Of a stretch of 56,817 bases of DNA, positions 1 through 9,632 are shown one piece after another. The stretch is from positions 1-56,817 of IMG/VR virus record IMGVR_UViG_3300046822_000346; one strand, 5' to 3'. Positions within the stretch are counted from its first letter, which is position 1. Each line of letters starts with the position of its first letter. Source of the stretch: a virus (Duplodnaviria > Caudoviricetes). The translations under genes were made by a program, and so were the position numbers. The notes under the pieces were generated by a model. It saw only the letters and a list, made by a program, of their open reading frames with translations. It searched no databases and was not told the origin of the DNA.

Positions 1-291
1 ACGTTCTTCGGTAAGCGCGTGGTGAGCTTTCTGAGCGGGCCAGACAACGGTTCCGATTACACCGGCTGCGCCTTCCTCGGCGACGATGGCAAAGCGCATC
101 TGTGGAAGCGGTTCCACGACGACGGGCGTCTTGCCGAGGCCGTGCGGGTGCTCGAGGATCCCGCCAAGGCCGCTGCGTTGGGTTTGGCGTACGCGCTCAA
201 GTCCAACAACTGCTGGAAGTGCGGGCGTGAGTTGACGGTACCGGCCTCGATCACGCGAGGCCTCGGGCCGATCTGCGCCGACAAGTTCTAA
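1..291 (+). CDS. DUF6011-like Zn-finger protein, 5' truncated at the window edge
   Basis: C-terminal CWKCGRELTVPASITRGLGPIC motif; frame is open from base 1. Confidence 0.75.
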   Translation, partial: TFFGKRVVSFLSGPDNGSDYTGCAFLGDDGKAHLWKRFHDDGRLAEAVRVLEDPAKAAALGLAYALKSNNCWKCGRELTVPASITRGLGPICADKF

Positions 292-329
292 GGCGCAATG
301 CTGAGCTATCGGCAGGACGGGCAAGAAAG

Positions 330-962
330 GTGGGCGCAGTGCCCAAAGGCTCAAAGTACCACTGGGATCCGGTTTCGAAGACCTTGATTCCAGCGGTACT
401 AGAACAGGAAGAAAGCTCCGTGCAGCAACAACAGCAGCCGCAGATCGACAAGCCTCTGTATCACTGGGATCCTGACCTCCAGACTCTGGTCCCCATTCCG
501 GAAGGCGAGACGCGCAGGAAACAGCCGCCTCTCACCGAGACCACGTTCACTCTGATCCGCGCACTCTACGAACGGTACGGCACCGCCCGCGCCGTGTACC
601 TGACCACGAGTTATTCCGAGGGCCTGGTCTACGACGTCTTAAAGGTCCAGGACTTTGCAGCGTTCCGGAAGGCCCGTGAAGCCGCGCAGGATGCCCGTAC
701 TGCTCGCGATCAGCAGCAGCGGCAACAGGCGAGTCTGGCACAGGCTGAGAGAGCACTGTCTGCCATGCCAGATGCCGCCGAACTGGTGGAAGTCACATCC
801 GAAGATGTGACTCCATTGCAAACAGATGCGCTGGAGCGCATTATCAATGCACTCGAGGGCATCGACACCAGCCTCAAGGCGATCCGCGAGGACACGCGCC
901 AAAGTTTGGAGTTGACGCGACAGTTGTACGACATCTGGAAGCCGATGCCATCGGAGGACTAA
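330..962 (+). CDS. hypothetical protein with two YHWDP repeats and a coiled coil
   Basis: 210-aa ORF; stop overlaps the next ATG (TAATG). Confidence 0.7.
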   Translation: MGAVPKGSKYHWDPVSKTLIPAVLEQEESSVQQQQQPQIDKPLYHWDPDLQTLVPIPEGETRRKQPPLTETTFTLIRALYERYGTARAVYLTTSYSEGLVYDVLKVQDFAAFRKAREAAQDARTARDQQQRQQASLAQAERALSAMPDAAELVEVTSEDVTPLQTDALERIINALEGIDTSLKAIREDTRQSLELTRQLYDIWKPMPSED

Positions 963-1465
963 TGCTGAGACTCCTAACCTGGCTTGAGCATCGGGGTTGG
1001 ACTACCGCCCCGATGCCGCCACACCAACACACGTGGGATGAGCTACACGAGGCGCGGTGGATGACTGCACAGGAGGACAGTGTGAACAAAACCGAGGACC
1101 TACTGAATGCCACCAATGCGCACTCCGCCTGGGACTACTGGAACCTGTTTCTGGCGGAGCACGGCCCAGATAAGCTCCTGCGAGAACTGCGGCCTACCAC
1201 TCACATGATCCCGCGCAGTCCGGTGGACTTTCCCCGCTGGACGCGCCTACAACAGGTAGCCGAGGCTCTCTGCCTGCCCTTCCCCCAAGAGATGAGCCGG
1301 TGCGAACACCCTGGCCTAGTGACGGACATGCTCCAGTTGCTGTACGACTATGTCGACGGCGACACGATGCACGAGGCCTACGCAAAAGTGGCGTTCCGCG
1401 TGTACCTGACTCTGGCGCAGGATCAAGCGGTGCGCGGAGGGCTTAACCATGAAGGCTCCTGGTGA
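962..1465 (+). CDS. hypothetical protein
   Basis: GGAGGA RBS; coupled to the upstream stop. Confidence 0.7.
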   Translation: MLRLLTWLEHRGWTTAPMPPHQHTWDELHEARWMTAQEDSVNKTEDLLNATNAHSAWDYWNLFLAEHGPDKLLRELRPTTHMIPRSPVDFPRWTRLQQVAEALCLPFPQEMSRCEHPGLVTDMLQLLYDYVDGDTMHEAYAKVAFRVYLTLAQDQAVRGGLNHEGSW

Positions 1466-1877
1466 GACGTCAAAGTACACGGGCCCGTTGTTTAGTCGGG
1501 CTTTGCCCCCGCTCTCGTTGTCCTGGCGTAACGCCGTGCGGCTGTACAGCGTCTCGCTCGGCACCCTGATTCTAGGCCTGACACTCGGATACGGAGGTTT
1601 GGGGGATTACGGCGCGGCATTGACGATGTTGAGCATGACGCTGGTTTGGGCTTTTGACTGGAAACAGGCTAGCACGTTGTATAGCCTTTTCCCGGCTCCA
1701 GCCCGGCTTTGGCACGTCATTTTGCTCCTTGCATTCTTCTTGCCCTGGGGGTATACTATTTATATCTGCAGGGCCGGAATTGATTTGCATCGACGCGCCC
1801 GCGTTGAGCGTCAAGTCCAATACGAGCAACTCCTCACCACCATCAAACACCAAGAACACGACCTCTTCGGGAGCTAA
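1449..1877 (+). CDS. membrane protein
   Basis: GGAGG RBS; about three hydrophobic segments. Confidence 0.65.
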   Translation: MKAPGETSKYTGPLFSRALPPLSLSWRNAVRLYSVSLGTLILGLTLGYGGLGDYGAALTMLSMTLVWAFDWKQASTLYSLFPAPARLWHVILLLAFFLPWGYTIYICRAGIDLHRRARVERQVQYEQLLTTIKHQEHDLFGS

Positions 1878-1882
1878 CACGT

Positions 1883-2452
1883 GTGCCTAAACGAATCGTG
1901 CTGTACAACGATCAAGGCGAACATTGGTGCAGTCGTTGTTGCGCTCACCACCCTGTGGAAGCCTTCAGCGCCAACAAGTCCCGTGTCGACGGACTGGCCG
2001 ATGCCTGCAGGGAGTCTCTCAAAGCTTACCGCCGCCGGTGGTATCATGAGCACCTGGAACCTGAGCGGGAGCGGGCCCGGAATCACGCCCAAAGAAGGCG
2101 GCTTCGAGCTGGGATCTATCCGCGCGTATGGTGGAATGATCGCGGCGAACGGTATTGCTCGCGGTGCAAACAGTACATGTCCCCCGGGGCCTTTGTCACC
2201 CACCCTCACAGTAAGGGACGCCGAGAAGATGCTGGCCTTAGCCGCTGGTGTCGTCTCTGCGAGGGCGAGGTCCACAAACAGTACTACTGGGATCACCGGG
2301 ATTCCGAGATCCAGAAGGCCAATGCGTGGTGGGCCCGCCAACCGTTAAAGAAGCGGCGAGAAACTTGGCGCAAACGGGCACGTGCTCGGCGCCATACCAA
2401 ACAGATTCTTGTCGCACAGCAGATGGAGCGTCTGTATGATTTCGAGTGCTGA
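1883..2452 (+). CDS. basic protein with two tandem CxxC Zn-finger repeats
   Basis: WCSRC...F...C and YCSRC...F...CRLC repeats, like HNH/EndoVII N-termini but with no nuclease motif. Confidence 0.65.
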   Translation: MPKRIVLYNDQGEHWCSRCCAHHPVEAFSANKSRVDGLADACRESLKAYRRRWYHEHLEPERERARNHAQRRRLRAGIYPRVWWNDRGERYCSRCKQYMSPGAFVTHPHSKGRREDAGLSRWCRLCEGEVHKQYYWDHRDSEIQKANAWWARQPLKKRRETWRKRARARRHTKQILVAQQMERLYDFEC

Positions 2453-2825
2453 CACAGTCTTGATCGTGATAGCGTTGCTCGCTTTCGTGGCCTTGGCCTG
2501 GAGCGGCATACTGCGTTTCGGGTCGCGTTCTGGAGCCGACACACTCACGCTCGAGTTCACTCAACTGGAATACCGCGAAGTGTACGGCCGTGCTTTCCGC
2601 ACGGCGTGTGAACTGTTTCAGCAAGCCGCCGAGCAACCGGATGGTCCGGCCATCGACTTCGACGCACTCGACGACGCTGCCTTCGAACGGCTCGCCGAGC
2701 TCATGAACCAATACTTCCAGTTGTACCACCTGAGCGTGCGGGTGACCGCGCAAGAGGCGAGGATTGTTCATGCAGAACGGGCTATTCGGGGGCCAGTATC
2801 GACCTGGCTCGAGTCTGTGTCCTGA
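2436..2825 (+). CDS. hypothetical protein with an N-terminal membrane anchor
   Basis: Hydrophobic VLIVIALLAFVALAW; GGAG upstream. Confidence 0.6.
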   Translation: MISSADTVLIVIALLAFVALAWSGILRFGSRSGADTLTLEFTQLEYREVYGRAFRTACELFQQAAEQPDGPAIDFDALDDAAFERLAELMNQYFQLYHLSVRVTAQEARIVHAERAIRGPVSTWLESVS

Positions 2826-2829
2826 GGAC

Positions 2830-3066
2830 ATGCTGAAGCAATGTGCCTGGTGCGGTCTCCTCATGTCGGGGCCGCATCAAGGCGAGCGAGTCTCGATCCT
2901 GCGTTGGGGCGGGTATTGCAGCCACGGTATCTGCAAAGCTTGTGCAATACGCGTCCAACGCCGGGCTGCATACAAGCGCGTAGTGAGAAAGGCGGTGACA
3001 CAAGTTCGTGCAACACTTACGTTTGGAGTTCACCTCCGACATGCGTCCCATCCGCTTGGTTCTTGA
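2830..3066 (+). CDS. small Zn-binding protein
   Basis: GAGGA RBS; CAWC...SHGICKAC motif. Confidence 0.6.
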   Translation: MLKQCAWCGLLMSGPHQGERVSILRWGGYCSHGICKACAIRVQRRAAYKRVVRKAVTQVRATLTFGVHLRHASHPLGS

Positions 3067-4735
3067 CCTGAACTCCCCCGAAGACAAGATCTTGATCGGG
3101 GGACTCGAGGGCGCTCGTGAGAACAAAGACGGCACGCAGATGTATCTGCCGCTAGAGCCGTTCTTGGTCGCCGACCTCAAAGAGCTGTATGGTGACGAGT
3201 TGTCACTGTCTAACGCCTGCGAACGGTGGTACGAGGACTACCAAGAGCGAGCACACCTCACCGCCGTGGTCGGAGAGTATGACGACAGCCCGTTGCCCGA
3301 GCGAGTTGCGTGGCGTGACCAGCTACACCCGTTTCAACGCGTCGGGGCACGGTGGCTGGCTACACTAGGTGGTGGTATTCTCGGCGATCAGCCGGGGCTC
3401 GGCAAGACGATCCAAGCCCTGACAGTAGCCGAGATACTCAAACCGGCTTCATTGCCCGTCTTGATCGTGTGTCCGGCCTACGTCATTGAGAGTGTATGGG
3501 CCGACGAGATCCAAAAGTGGCTACCAGGAGCTCGCGTTGCCGCTTGCGTGGGTTCACCAAAACGGCGGCACGAGGCTTTGGCCCAAGGGGCTCCCTACAC
3601 CATCATCAACTACGAGATGCTACGCCGTTCGCCGAGTGGTGAATGCCCGTACGAAGAGGTGTTTCAGCGCCAATGGGGCTTGGTGATCTTCGACGAGGGT
3701 CATCGCATTCACAATCGCAACGCCTCCCAGTCCAAAGGTGCCACAGAGCTACGCTACCGTTATCCGGTGATCTTGACCGGCACGCCTGTCTGGAACAAAC
3801 CAGACAGCTTGTGGCACTTGTTGCACTTGCTCGATCCGGCACGCTTCTCCTCGTACTGGCAATTCGTCAACACCTACTGCCTAGTGCGGGACACCCCGTG
3901 GGCCAAAGAGATTGTGGGACCCAAGGTCCGCGAACTGCCACGCCTACGTCGTGCTATCCAACCCTACCTGCTGCGACGGCTCAAGGCTCAGGTGGCCCCC
4001 CAGTTGCCACCCAAAATCTATCGACCACTGCCGTACACCCTCACCGTCGAACAAGCGAAAGCGTACAACACGGTCGAGAAAGATCTGCGGCTAACCTTGG
4101 AAGCACAGAACGCCGACCAAACGCCGACCTGGACCGAGATCCAGTTTACCAGCACTGCGGCGAGTTTAGCAACGTTACGCCGCATCTGTAATTCACCGGC
4201 GCTGGTGGATCCACGAGCCACGGTACAGTCCGCCAAGCTCCAAGTGATCCGCGACTTGCTACAAGACATTATCGAGACAGAACAAAAGGTCTTGATTTTC
4301 TTGTGGCACCGAGATTTTGGAAAACTCCTGCGGCAAGCGTTGCAGGGCCAAGGCTTCGAAATCTTTTACCTCGACGGCAACACACCGGCTCCGGCACGAG
4401 CGTCGCAGATCCTAGAGTTCAAGCTTTTTAAGGCGCCAGCAGTGTTGATCGGGACAATTGGGGCCCTGGGTACGGGACTTTCGATTCCTGAGGCTACCAG
4501 CGCGATCTTCGCCGAGATGGATTGGACTCCTGCGAACAACGAACAAGCAGAAGACCGTATCCACCGTATTGTTGGCACTACACAATCTCCCACGATCTAC
4601 CACGTATTCGCACGCGGTACTATCGAGGAAGATATCTACAAAGTAGCGCAGACCAAGGCTTCTATGGCCGACAAAGTCTTAGCCATTCAAGAGGTGGTCA
4701 AACGCTTGCTAGTACGTACGTCCTCGGGCACGTAG
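3008..4735 (+). CDS. SNF2/SWI2-family helicase
   Basis: GDQPGLGKT Walker A, DEGH, LTGTP, QAEDRIHRI motif VI. Confidence 0.95.
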   Translation: MQHLRLEFTSDMRPIRLVLDLNSPEDKILIGGLEGARENKDGTQMYLPLEPFLVADLKELYGDELSLSNACERWYEDYQERAHLTAVVGEYDDSPLPERVAWRDQLHPFQRVGARWLATLGGGILGDQPGLGKTIQALTVAEILKPASLPVLIVCPAYVIESVWADEIQKWLPGARVAACVGSPKRRHEALAQGAPYTIINYEMLRRSPSGECPYEEVFQRQWGLVIFDEGHRIHNRNASQSKGATELRYRYPVILTGTPVWNKPDSLWHLLHLLDPARFSSYWQFVNTYCLVRDTPWAKEIVGPKVRELPRLRRAIQPYLLRRLKAQVAPQLPPKIYRPLPYTLTVEQAKAYNTVEKDLRLTLEAQNADQTPTWTEIQFTSTAASLATLRRICNSPALVDPRATVQSAKLQVIRDLLQDIIETEQKVLIFLWHRDFGKLLRQALQGQGFEIFYLDGNTPAPARASQILEFKLFKAPAVLIGTIGALGTGLSIPEATSAIFAEMDWTPANNEQAEDRIHRIVGTTQSPTIYHVFARGTIEEDIYKVAQTKASMADKVLAIQEVVKRLLVRTSSGT

Positions 4736-4742
4736 GCCACCC

Positions 4743-4772
4743 TTGCCCTTCGCGCAAGGCATTCGGTATAAT
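4743..4772 (+). promoter_or_regulatory. sigma70-like promoter
   Basis: TTGCCC-N18-TATAAT upstream of the glycosylase gene. Confidence 0.55.
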
Positions 4773-4812
4773 TCCCCCTAGATTCCGCAGTGAATCGAAG
4801 GAGGATCCCGTT

Positions 4813-5346
4813 ATGCGTATGTGGAACGTTAACCCGCTGTGGATGTGCGACCGTCACCTGATGCAGGAGCATGCTGACATGCATGTCGCGGCTGAGATGC
4901 TCGTCAAAGGGCATCGCTTGGATCACTTAGTGGACCGCAACTTGCTCGAGGTTCACCATATTCGACATCGTCATGATCGCCTAGAAAACGAACTCGAAGC
5001 ACGAGGTTTGGGACACCGCACCTCGTTGCCGGGACGTTTTCCGGACCAGCCCGCCGGCATGCTCAATGTGCAGGCTAGTCGTCAAAAGTTGTTGCGTACG
5101 TGCTACGAATGCGCCCGGCGTCAACAGGCGCTTCGCACCGCTCGGGACATCGAGTACTTCCGGGCCACTGTCACACAGCTTCGAGACGCAGGTCTCTTGA
5201 CCAACCGTGCTGCTACCCAAGCTGTCAAGCGGGTAGATACCGTGGTGTCGCGGCCGCGCGGTAGCGACTCTAGTGGCAAGCACACGCGGCCACCGATCTG
5301 GATGGGTGACACGGATCCCGCAGCGGGGGAGCTGTCCCTGCGGTAA
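4813..5346 (+). CDS. pyrimidine-dimer DNA glycosylase / endonuclease V-like protein
   Basis: AAGGAGG RBS; N-terminus MRMWNVNP..CDRHLMQEH..MH and RHD.L..EL..RG..H typical of the family. Confidence 0.8.
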   Translation: MRMWNVNPLWMCDRHLMQEHADMHVAAEMLVKGHRLDHLVDRNLLEVHHIRHRHDRLENELEARGLGHRTSLPGRFPDQPAGMLNVQASRQKLLRTCYECARRQQALRTARDIEYFRATVTQLRDAGLLTNRAATQAVKRVDTVVSRPRGSDSSGKHTRPPIWMGDTDPAAGELSLR

Positions 5347-5379
5347 AGGCAGCTCTTTCGACCCGACCCGAAATGCCCG

Positions 5380-5409
5380 TTGATTTACCCGGCTTTCCAG
5401 GGGTATAAT
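5380..5409 (+). promoter_or_regulatory. sigma70-like promoter
   Basis: TTGATT-N18-TATAAT followed by AAGGAGG RBS. Confidence 0.6.
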
Positions 5410-5432
5410 TAGTACATGAAAGGAGGGAAGCA

Positions 5433-6179
5433 ATGACAGCACCAAGCGCGCTCAAGTTGGTCAAACCAGACACCGCTTTGACGACGCTAAAAGTTCTGGT
5501 GTACGGGACCCCCGGCGTAGGCAAAACCTGGCTGGCTGGCACTGCCGAAGATGACGCCCGTTCTGCGCCTGTGCTGTTCTGCGACGTGGAAGCCGGAGTC
5601 CTTACCATTCGCAAGCGCGGAGCTCAGCTGGACGTGGTGCGCATCGAGAGTCTCGAAGACCTGCGCCTTGTCCACAAGGAGCTCCGCTCCGGCAAGCTCC
5701 CGCACCGCACGGTGGTCATCGATTCGCTTACCGAACTTCACAAGGTGACCCTGCGAGACATCTCGAGCGGTAAACCGATTCCATCTATCCAGGATTGGGG
5801 CGTTGCGGCCAAGAAGCTCGAAGAGATCATTTCCTACTTCCGCAACCTCCCAATCAACCTCGTATGCACAGCTCTGGAGATGGACTTCAAAGACGAGCAG
5901 ACCGGCGGTGTTTCGCTGCGTCCCTCGCTTCCCGGAAAGCTCTCGGCAAGCGTAGGTGGATACTTTGACGTTGTCGGACGTCTGACGGGAAAAGCCACCA
6001 AAGGTGCCGATGGCACGATTCGCGTAGAGCGCCAGTTGCAGGTGCAAAACCACAGCAACGTAACTGCTAAGGATCGATCGGACGCCCTTGGCACAAGTCT
6101 GGCAAATCCGACTATACCACACATGCTGGATGTTATTCTTGGCCCTGCTCCTGAGAAGCCGGCAACCAAGAAAGCTTAA
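5433..6179 (+). CDS. AAA_24 / Sak4-like ATPase (single-strand annealing recombinase)
   Basis: YGTPGVGKT, DVEAG, VVIDSLT, AKDR motifs; next to an SSB-like gene. Confidence 0.85.
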   Translation: MTAPSALKLVKPDTALTTLKVLVYGTPGVGKTWLAGTAEDDARSAPVLFCDVEAGVLTIRKRGAQLDVVRIESLEDLRLVHKELRSGKLPHRTVVIDSLTELHKVTLRDISSGKPIPSIQDWGVAAKKLEEIISYFRNLPINLVCTALEMDFKDEQTGGVSLRPSLPGKLSASVGGYFDVVGRLTGKATKGADGTIRVERQLQVQNHSNVTAKDRSDALGTSLANPTIPHMLDVILGPAPEKPATKKA

Positions 6180-6206
6180 CTACCCAGCTGGAAAACAGAG
6201 GGTCGC

Positions 6207-6641
6207 GTGAAACTCAACTTTGACCAGGTGTCCTCAGATCAGGGCACATTCGAACCACTCCCCGAGGGCGACTACGTAGCTACCGTGTTCGAGGTCAAGC
6301 TCGCCAAGTCCAAGACCTCCAACAACGAGTACTACAACTGGACGTTCCAGGTTCAGACGCCCAGCAGGTTCCGCAATCGTCGCCTGTTCCACATCACCAC
6401 GCTCGCGGAACAGTCGCTCTGGAACCTCAAGCAGACTATCGAAGCCGTCACCGGCGAGCCACTTGTCGGCGACTATGACCCCAGTGAGCACATTCGCGAG
6501 TATCTCGGTCGGCCGGTACTCCTCCGGGTTACCCAGGAAGAGTATCAGGGCACGATGCGCAACCGGGTCAAGCGCGTGTCTCCAGCTCCGGTCGCAGTAG
6601 CCGCGGGCGATGCTTCCGACGAGGACGACGACACCTTCTAG
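6207..6641 (+). CDS. DUF669-like ssDNA-binding protein
   Basis: FEPLPEGDY, EEYQG..RNRV, acidic tail DEDDDTF. Confidence 0.85.
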   Translation: MKLNFDQVSSDQGTFEPLPEGDYVATVFEVKLAKSKTSNNEYYNWTFQVQTPSRFRNRRLFHITTLAEQSLWNLKQTIEAVTGEPLVGDYDPSEHIREYLGRPVLLRVTQEEYQGTMRNRVKRVSPAPVAVAAGDASDEDDDTF

Positions 6642-6648
6642 TTGTCGC

Positions 6649-6678
6649 GAGCCGGGTACGTACTCTCGTACCCGGCTC
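6649..6678. repeat. 12-bp perfect inverted repeat just before an RBS
   Basis: GAGCCGGGTACG-tactct-CGTACCCGGCTC, no U tract. Confidence 0.7.
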
Positions 6679-6689
6679 TGGAGGCCCTC

Positions 6690-6905
6690 ATGGATCAGAC
6701 TATGGCGCCCAGTCAGGTCAAGCCCAAGAAACGCCGCAACCGCGGCAAGCGTCAATTTACCGAAACCTTCAACGCTGACACGTTCGAACACGCTGCCATC
6801 CGAGCCGCGGCTAAGCGCGACGGTCGTACACTCGCCGGCTTCCTGCGCTACGCCGCCATCCGCACGGCACATGAGTTGGGTATTGAGGTGGCAAAAGATG
6901 CCTGA
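6690..6905 (+). CDS. ribbon-helix-helix-like DNA-binding protein
   Basis: GGAGG RBS; IRAAAKRDGRTLAGFLRYAA helix pattern. Confidence 0.6.
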   Translation: MDQTMAPSQVKPKKRRNRGKRQFTETFNADTFEHAAIRAAAKRDGRTLAGFLRYAAIRTAHELGIEVAKDA

Positions 6906-7170
6906 CCACAGCTTTCTCCTCACCGTGGCAATGCCGAGTGCGGGGGATGACCCAAACGACTTGGCCCTAGCCAAAGCTCTATTAGAGGCCCCCAAACCGA
7001 TCGATATCGTGCGGCCCGGTGGCGAAGTGATCGGCCAGTTGCTCGATGCCACGCCGACCGAGGGTGACAAGATTCACCTGCGCCTCGTATCTAATGAGGG
7101 CATGGATCCGTACGTGTTCCTAGAGCAGATGGGGGACGTACAGTTCCGCATCAATGGGGAACTCAGATGA
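6898..7170 (+). CDS. hypothetical protein
   Basis: GAGGT RBS; overlaps both neighbours. Confidence 0.6.
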   Translation: MPDHSFLLTVAMPSAGDDPNDLALAKALLEAPKPIDIVRPGGEVIGQLLDATPTEGDKIHLRLVSNEGMDPYVFLEQMGDVQFRINGELR

Positions 7171-7652
7171 TCACAGGACTCAAGACCAAGATCGTCAAAC
7201 AATTTTCGTTCGACGCGAGCCACCAACTCCCGCAGCATTCTGGGCAGTGTGCTCGTCTGCACGGCCACACCTACAAAGTGGAACTCGAGTTGACGGGCGA
7301 GGTGAAACCCGTCGACGGCCGCTCTGATGGCGGCATGATCGTGGACTTTGGGGACGTCAAGAAAGCCTTCGAGGCCACGTGCGGGTTCCTGGATCACCGT
7401 TTCCTCTGCCCGCTACGCAACCGGGATGTCAACGTGCTCCACGCCGAGAATGAGTTCGTCACCATCCAGTATCTCAACACCGGCCAAGAGCTGTGCCTGC
7501 CGCGGAGCAATGTGGCATTCGTAGACGTAGAGAACACCACCGCGGAACTTTTGGCCGCGTTCATCTACGAGCGGCTGATATTCCTAGTTCCCGAACTCAC
7601 CGCCGTGCGGGTCTGGGAAACGCCGACCGCCTTCGCGGAGGTGCGCCCATGA
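7167..7652 (+). CDS. queD: 6-carboxy-5,6,7,8-tetrahydropterin synthase
   Basis: FDASH, CARLHGHTY, GMIVDFG, LDH, TTAE, VWET. Confidence 0.95.
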   Translation: MITGLKTKIVKQFSFDASHQLPQHSGQCARLHGHTYKVELELTGEVKPVDGRSDGGMIVDFGDVKKAFEATCGFLDHRFLCPLRNRDVNVLHAENEFVTIQYLNTGQELCLPRSNVAFVDVENTTAELLAAFIYERLIFLVPELTAVRVWETPTAFAEVRP

Positions 7653-8425
7653 AGATCAACATGCCAGATGCAACCCAAGCGGTCGAGACCAAGATGCCGG
7701 TACTCGAAGTGTTCGGGCCGGTGGTACAAGGCGAGGGTGCGCTCATCGGGCGCCAGACATTCTTTGTACGCCTGGGGTATTGCGACTACCATTGTTCTTG
7801 GTGTGACACCCTGTACGCGGTAGATCCCAAGACGGTGCTAGAGCAGGCCAGATGGCTTACCACCACCCAGATCGTCAACCAGATCATGACCCTCGATATG
7901 TTCCGCGACAGCAGTTACCGCACGCCGTGGGTGACGATCTCGGGCGGCAACCCCGCGCTGCAGAAGAAGGGCCTAGGACCTCTGATCCACATGCTCCAGA
8001 TGCTCGGGTACCAAGTCGCGGTGGAGACGCAAGGCTCGTACTGGAACGATGCCCTGGAACTGGCGGACCTCGTGACGTGTTCGCCGAAACCCCCCAGCTC
8101 GGACATGATCACGAACTGGAAGATCTTGGACAAGTTCGCAGCCCGATTGGCGGGGCGTATCGCGTTCAAGGTAGTCGTGTTTGACGAGACAGACTACAAC
8201 TACGCCAAACAGGTGTACCAACGCTACCCACAGTTGGCGGCCCACGATTTCTACCTGCAGGCCGGAACTCCGGCCTTGGGCGATGATCCGGCCCCGTATG
8301 CTCAGGCCTTAGTTGAGCGGCTCACGTGGTTAGTGGATCGTGTGACAAGTGACCCGGACATGGCGTACGCCGTGCCGCTGTTCCAGATGCACACGCTGCT
8401 CTTCGGACAGCGGCGGGGGATCTGA
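7649..8425 (+). CDS. queE: 7-carboxy-7-deazaguanine synthase (radical SAM)
   Basis: VQGEG, CDYHCSWCD CxxxCxxC, SGGNP, VETQG, SPK, QMH. Confidence 0.95.
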   Translation: MKINMPDATQAVETKMPVLEVFGPVVQGEGALIGRQTFFVRLGYCDYHCSWCDTLYAVDPKTVLEQARWLTTTQIVNQIMTLDMFRDSSYRTPWVTISGGNPALQKKGLGPLIHMLQMLGYQVAVETQGSYWNDALELADLVTCSPKPPSSDMITNWKILDKFAARLAGRIAFKVVVFDETDYNYAKQVYQRYPQLAAHDFYLQAGTPALGDDPAPYAQALVERLTWLVDRVTSDPDMAYAVPLFQMHTLLFGQRRGI

Positions 8426-8426
8426 C

Positions 8427-8621
8427 ATGGTAGACGTTTCACCCAACGGACCATACGGGCGCGCCAAGCTCTCGGTGAACCTAGCCCCGCAAACACCCCT
8501 TGAGATACCATTGCCCGGTATTTCAAGCGGCCAGGATCAATGGAACGAGGTCTTCGCACGGCTGTTGGCCCAGATTGCTGAAGAGACGCATCGCATCGCG
8601 CGAGCGTTGGAGCGCAGATAA
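8427..8621 (+). CDS. hypothetical protein
   Basis: Short ORF filling the queE-folE gap, coupled to folE (TAATG). Confidence 0.5.
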   Translation: MVDVSPNGPYGRAKLSVNLAPQTPLEIPLPGISSGQDQWNEVFARLLAQIAEETHRIARALERR

Positions 8622-9310
8622 TGGACAGTGTACAAGATGCTCCGATCCAGGGGATCGCGGCCGCCATGCCCGAGGGGCGCATATTCAACGACGTTGCCCG
8701 GTTCTTGACGAGCAACCTGTCAGAGGAGGGCGCTACCTTAGACGAGCGATACAACGCCATCCACGCGGCTACCGCGATACTGCTAAAGGCTATCCGGGCG
8801 GATTGGGACCCAGGAACCAAAGACACTCCGGCACGCGTAGCCAAGATGTGGCTAGAAGAATTGGCCGCGGGTGTGGACTACGATCCAGCAGAACATCTGA
8901 GCAAGGTGTTCGACGAAGATTTTCGCGAGATGGTAGCGGTACATGACGTACCGTTTTACTCGACCTGCTGTCATCACCTTGTTCCCTTCTACGGGGTAGC
9001 CCATATTGGGTACATTCCGCAGGGCAAAGTGGTCGGACTCTCTAAGCTCGCCAGAGTCCTTGAAGGCTATTCTCGACAACCCTCTGTTCAGGAACGTATT
9101 ACGGCACAGGTGGCCGATGCGATCGAGGAGCACCTACAGCCCCTTGGTACGATCGTGGTGCTGCGAGCGACACACATGTGCATGTGCATGCGGGGTGTCC
9201 AGAAACCTGGCAGTCTCACCACTACCTCAGCAGTACGAGGCGTCTTCAAAGAGCGCGACAATCTCGCGCGCGAGGAGTTCTTCGCGTTGGTGGGTCGCGG
9301 CAATGGCTGA
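8621..9310 (+). CDS. folE: GTP cyclohydrolase I
   Basis: DTPARVAK, CCHHLVPF, GLSKLAR, VQER, HMCMCMRGV. Confidence 0.95.
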   Translation: MDSVQDAPIQGIAAAMPEGRIFNDVARFLTSNLSEEGATLDERYNAIHAATAILLKAIRADWDPGTKDTPARVAKMWLEELAAGVDYDPAEHLSKVFDEDFREMVAVHDVPFYSTCCHHLVPFYGVAHIGYIPQGKVVGLSKLARVLEGYSRQPSVQERITAQVADAIEEHLQPLGTIVVLRATHMCMCMRGVQKPGSLTTTSAVRGVFKERDNLAREEFFALVGRGNG

Positions 9311-9632
9311 GACGCAGGGGTACAGAGATGAGCAGGTGGAGCGTTTCTGGGAGGAAGTGGCCCACACTATGAGCCTGGCACAAGACGTGTTCACCGCACG
9401 GGCTCAGGCCTATGATGGAGTCTCGGTGCTCGATAAGTTCCTGTACGGAGACAAGTCCATCTTTACTCTGGTGTGGATCAAGATCCAACGGTTACGCTCG
9501 TGCATGTTTCGCAAAGAGCAGGGCCAGAACGTAGAGGAGGCGCTTGAGGATTCGATTCTCGACGCTATCAACTATCTGGCCATGCTCCGAGCATGGTACG
9601 TGATTTACCGCGAGGACAAGGGCCATGACTGA
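9303..9632 (+). CDS. Nmad1/DUF1599-like nucleotide-modification-associated protein
   Basis: IKIQRLRS...EEALEDSILDAINY pattern; lies within the modification cluster. Confidence 0.7.
   Translation: MAETQGYRDEQVERFWEEVAHTMSLAQDVFTARAQAYDGVSVLDKFLYGDKSIFTLVWIKIQRLRSCMFRKEQGQNVEEALEDSILDAINYLAMLRAWYVIYREDKGHD

Noticed and set aside
8955-8985. FolE CCHH in place of the usual CEHH as a sign of altered specificity
   Set aside because: The Zn ligands are intact; one substitution cannot support the claim without an alignment.
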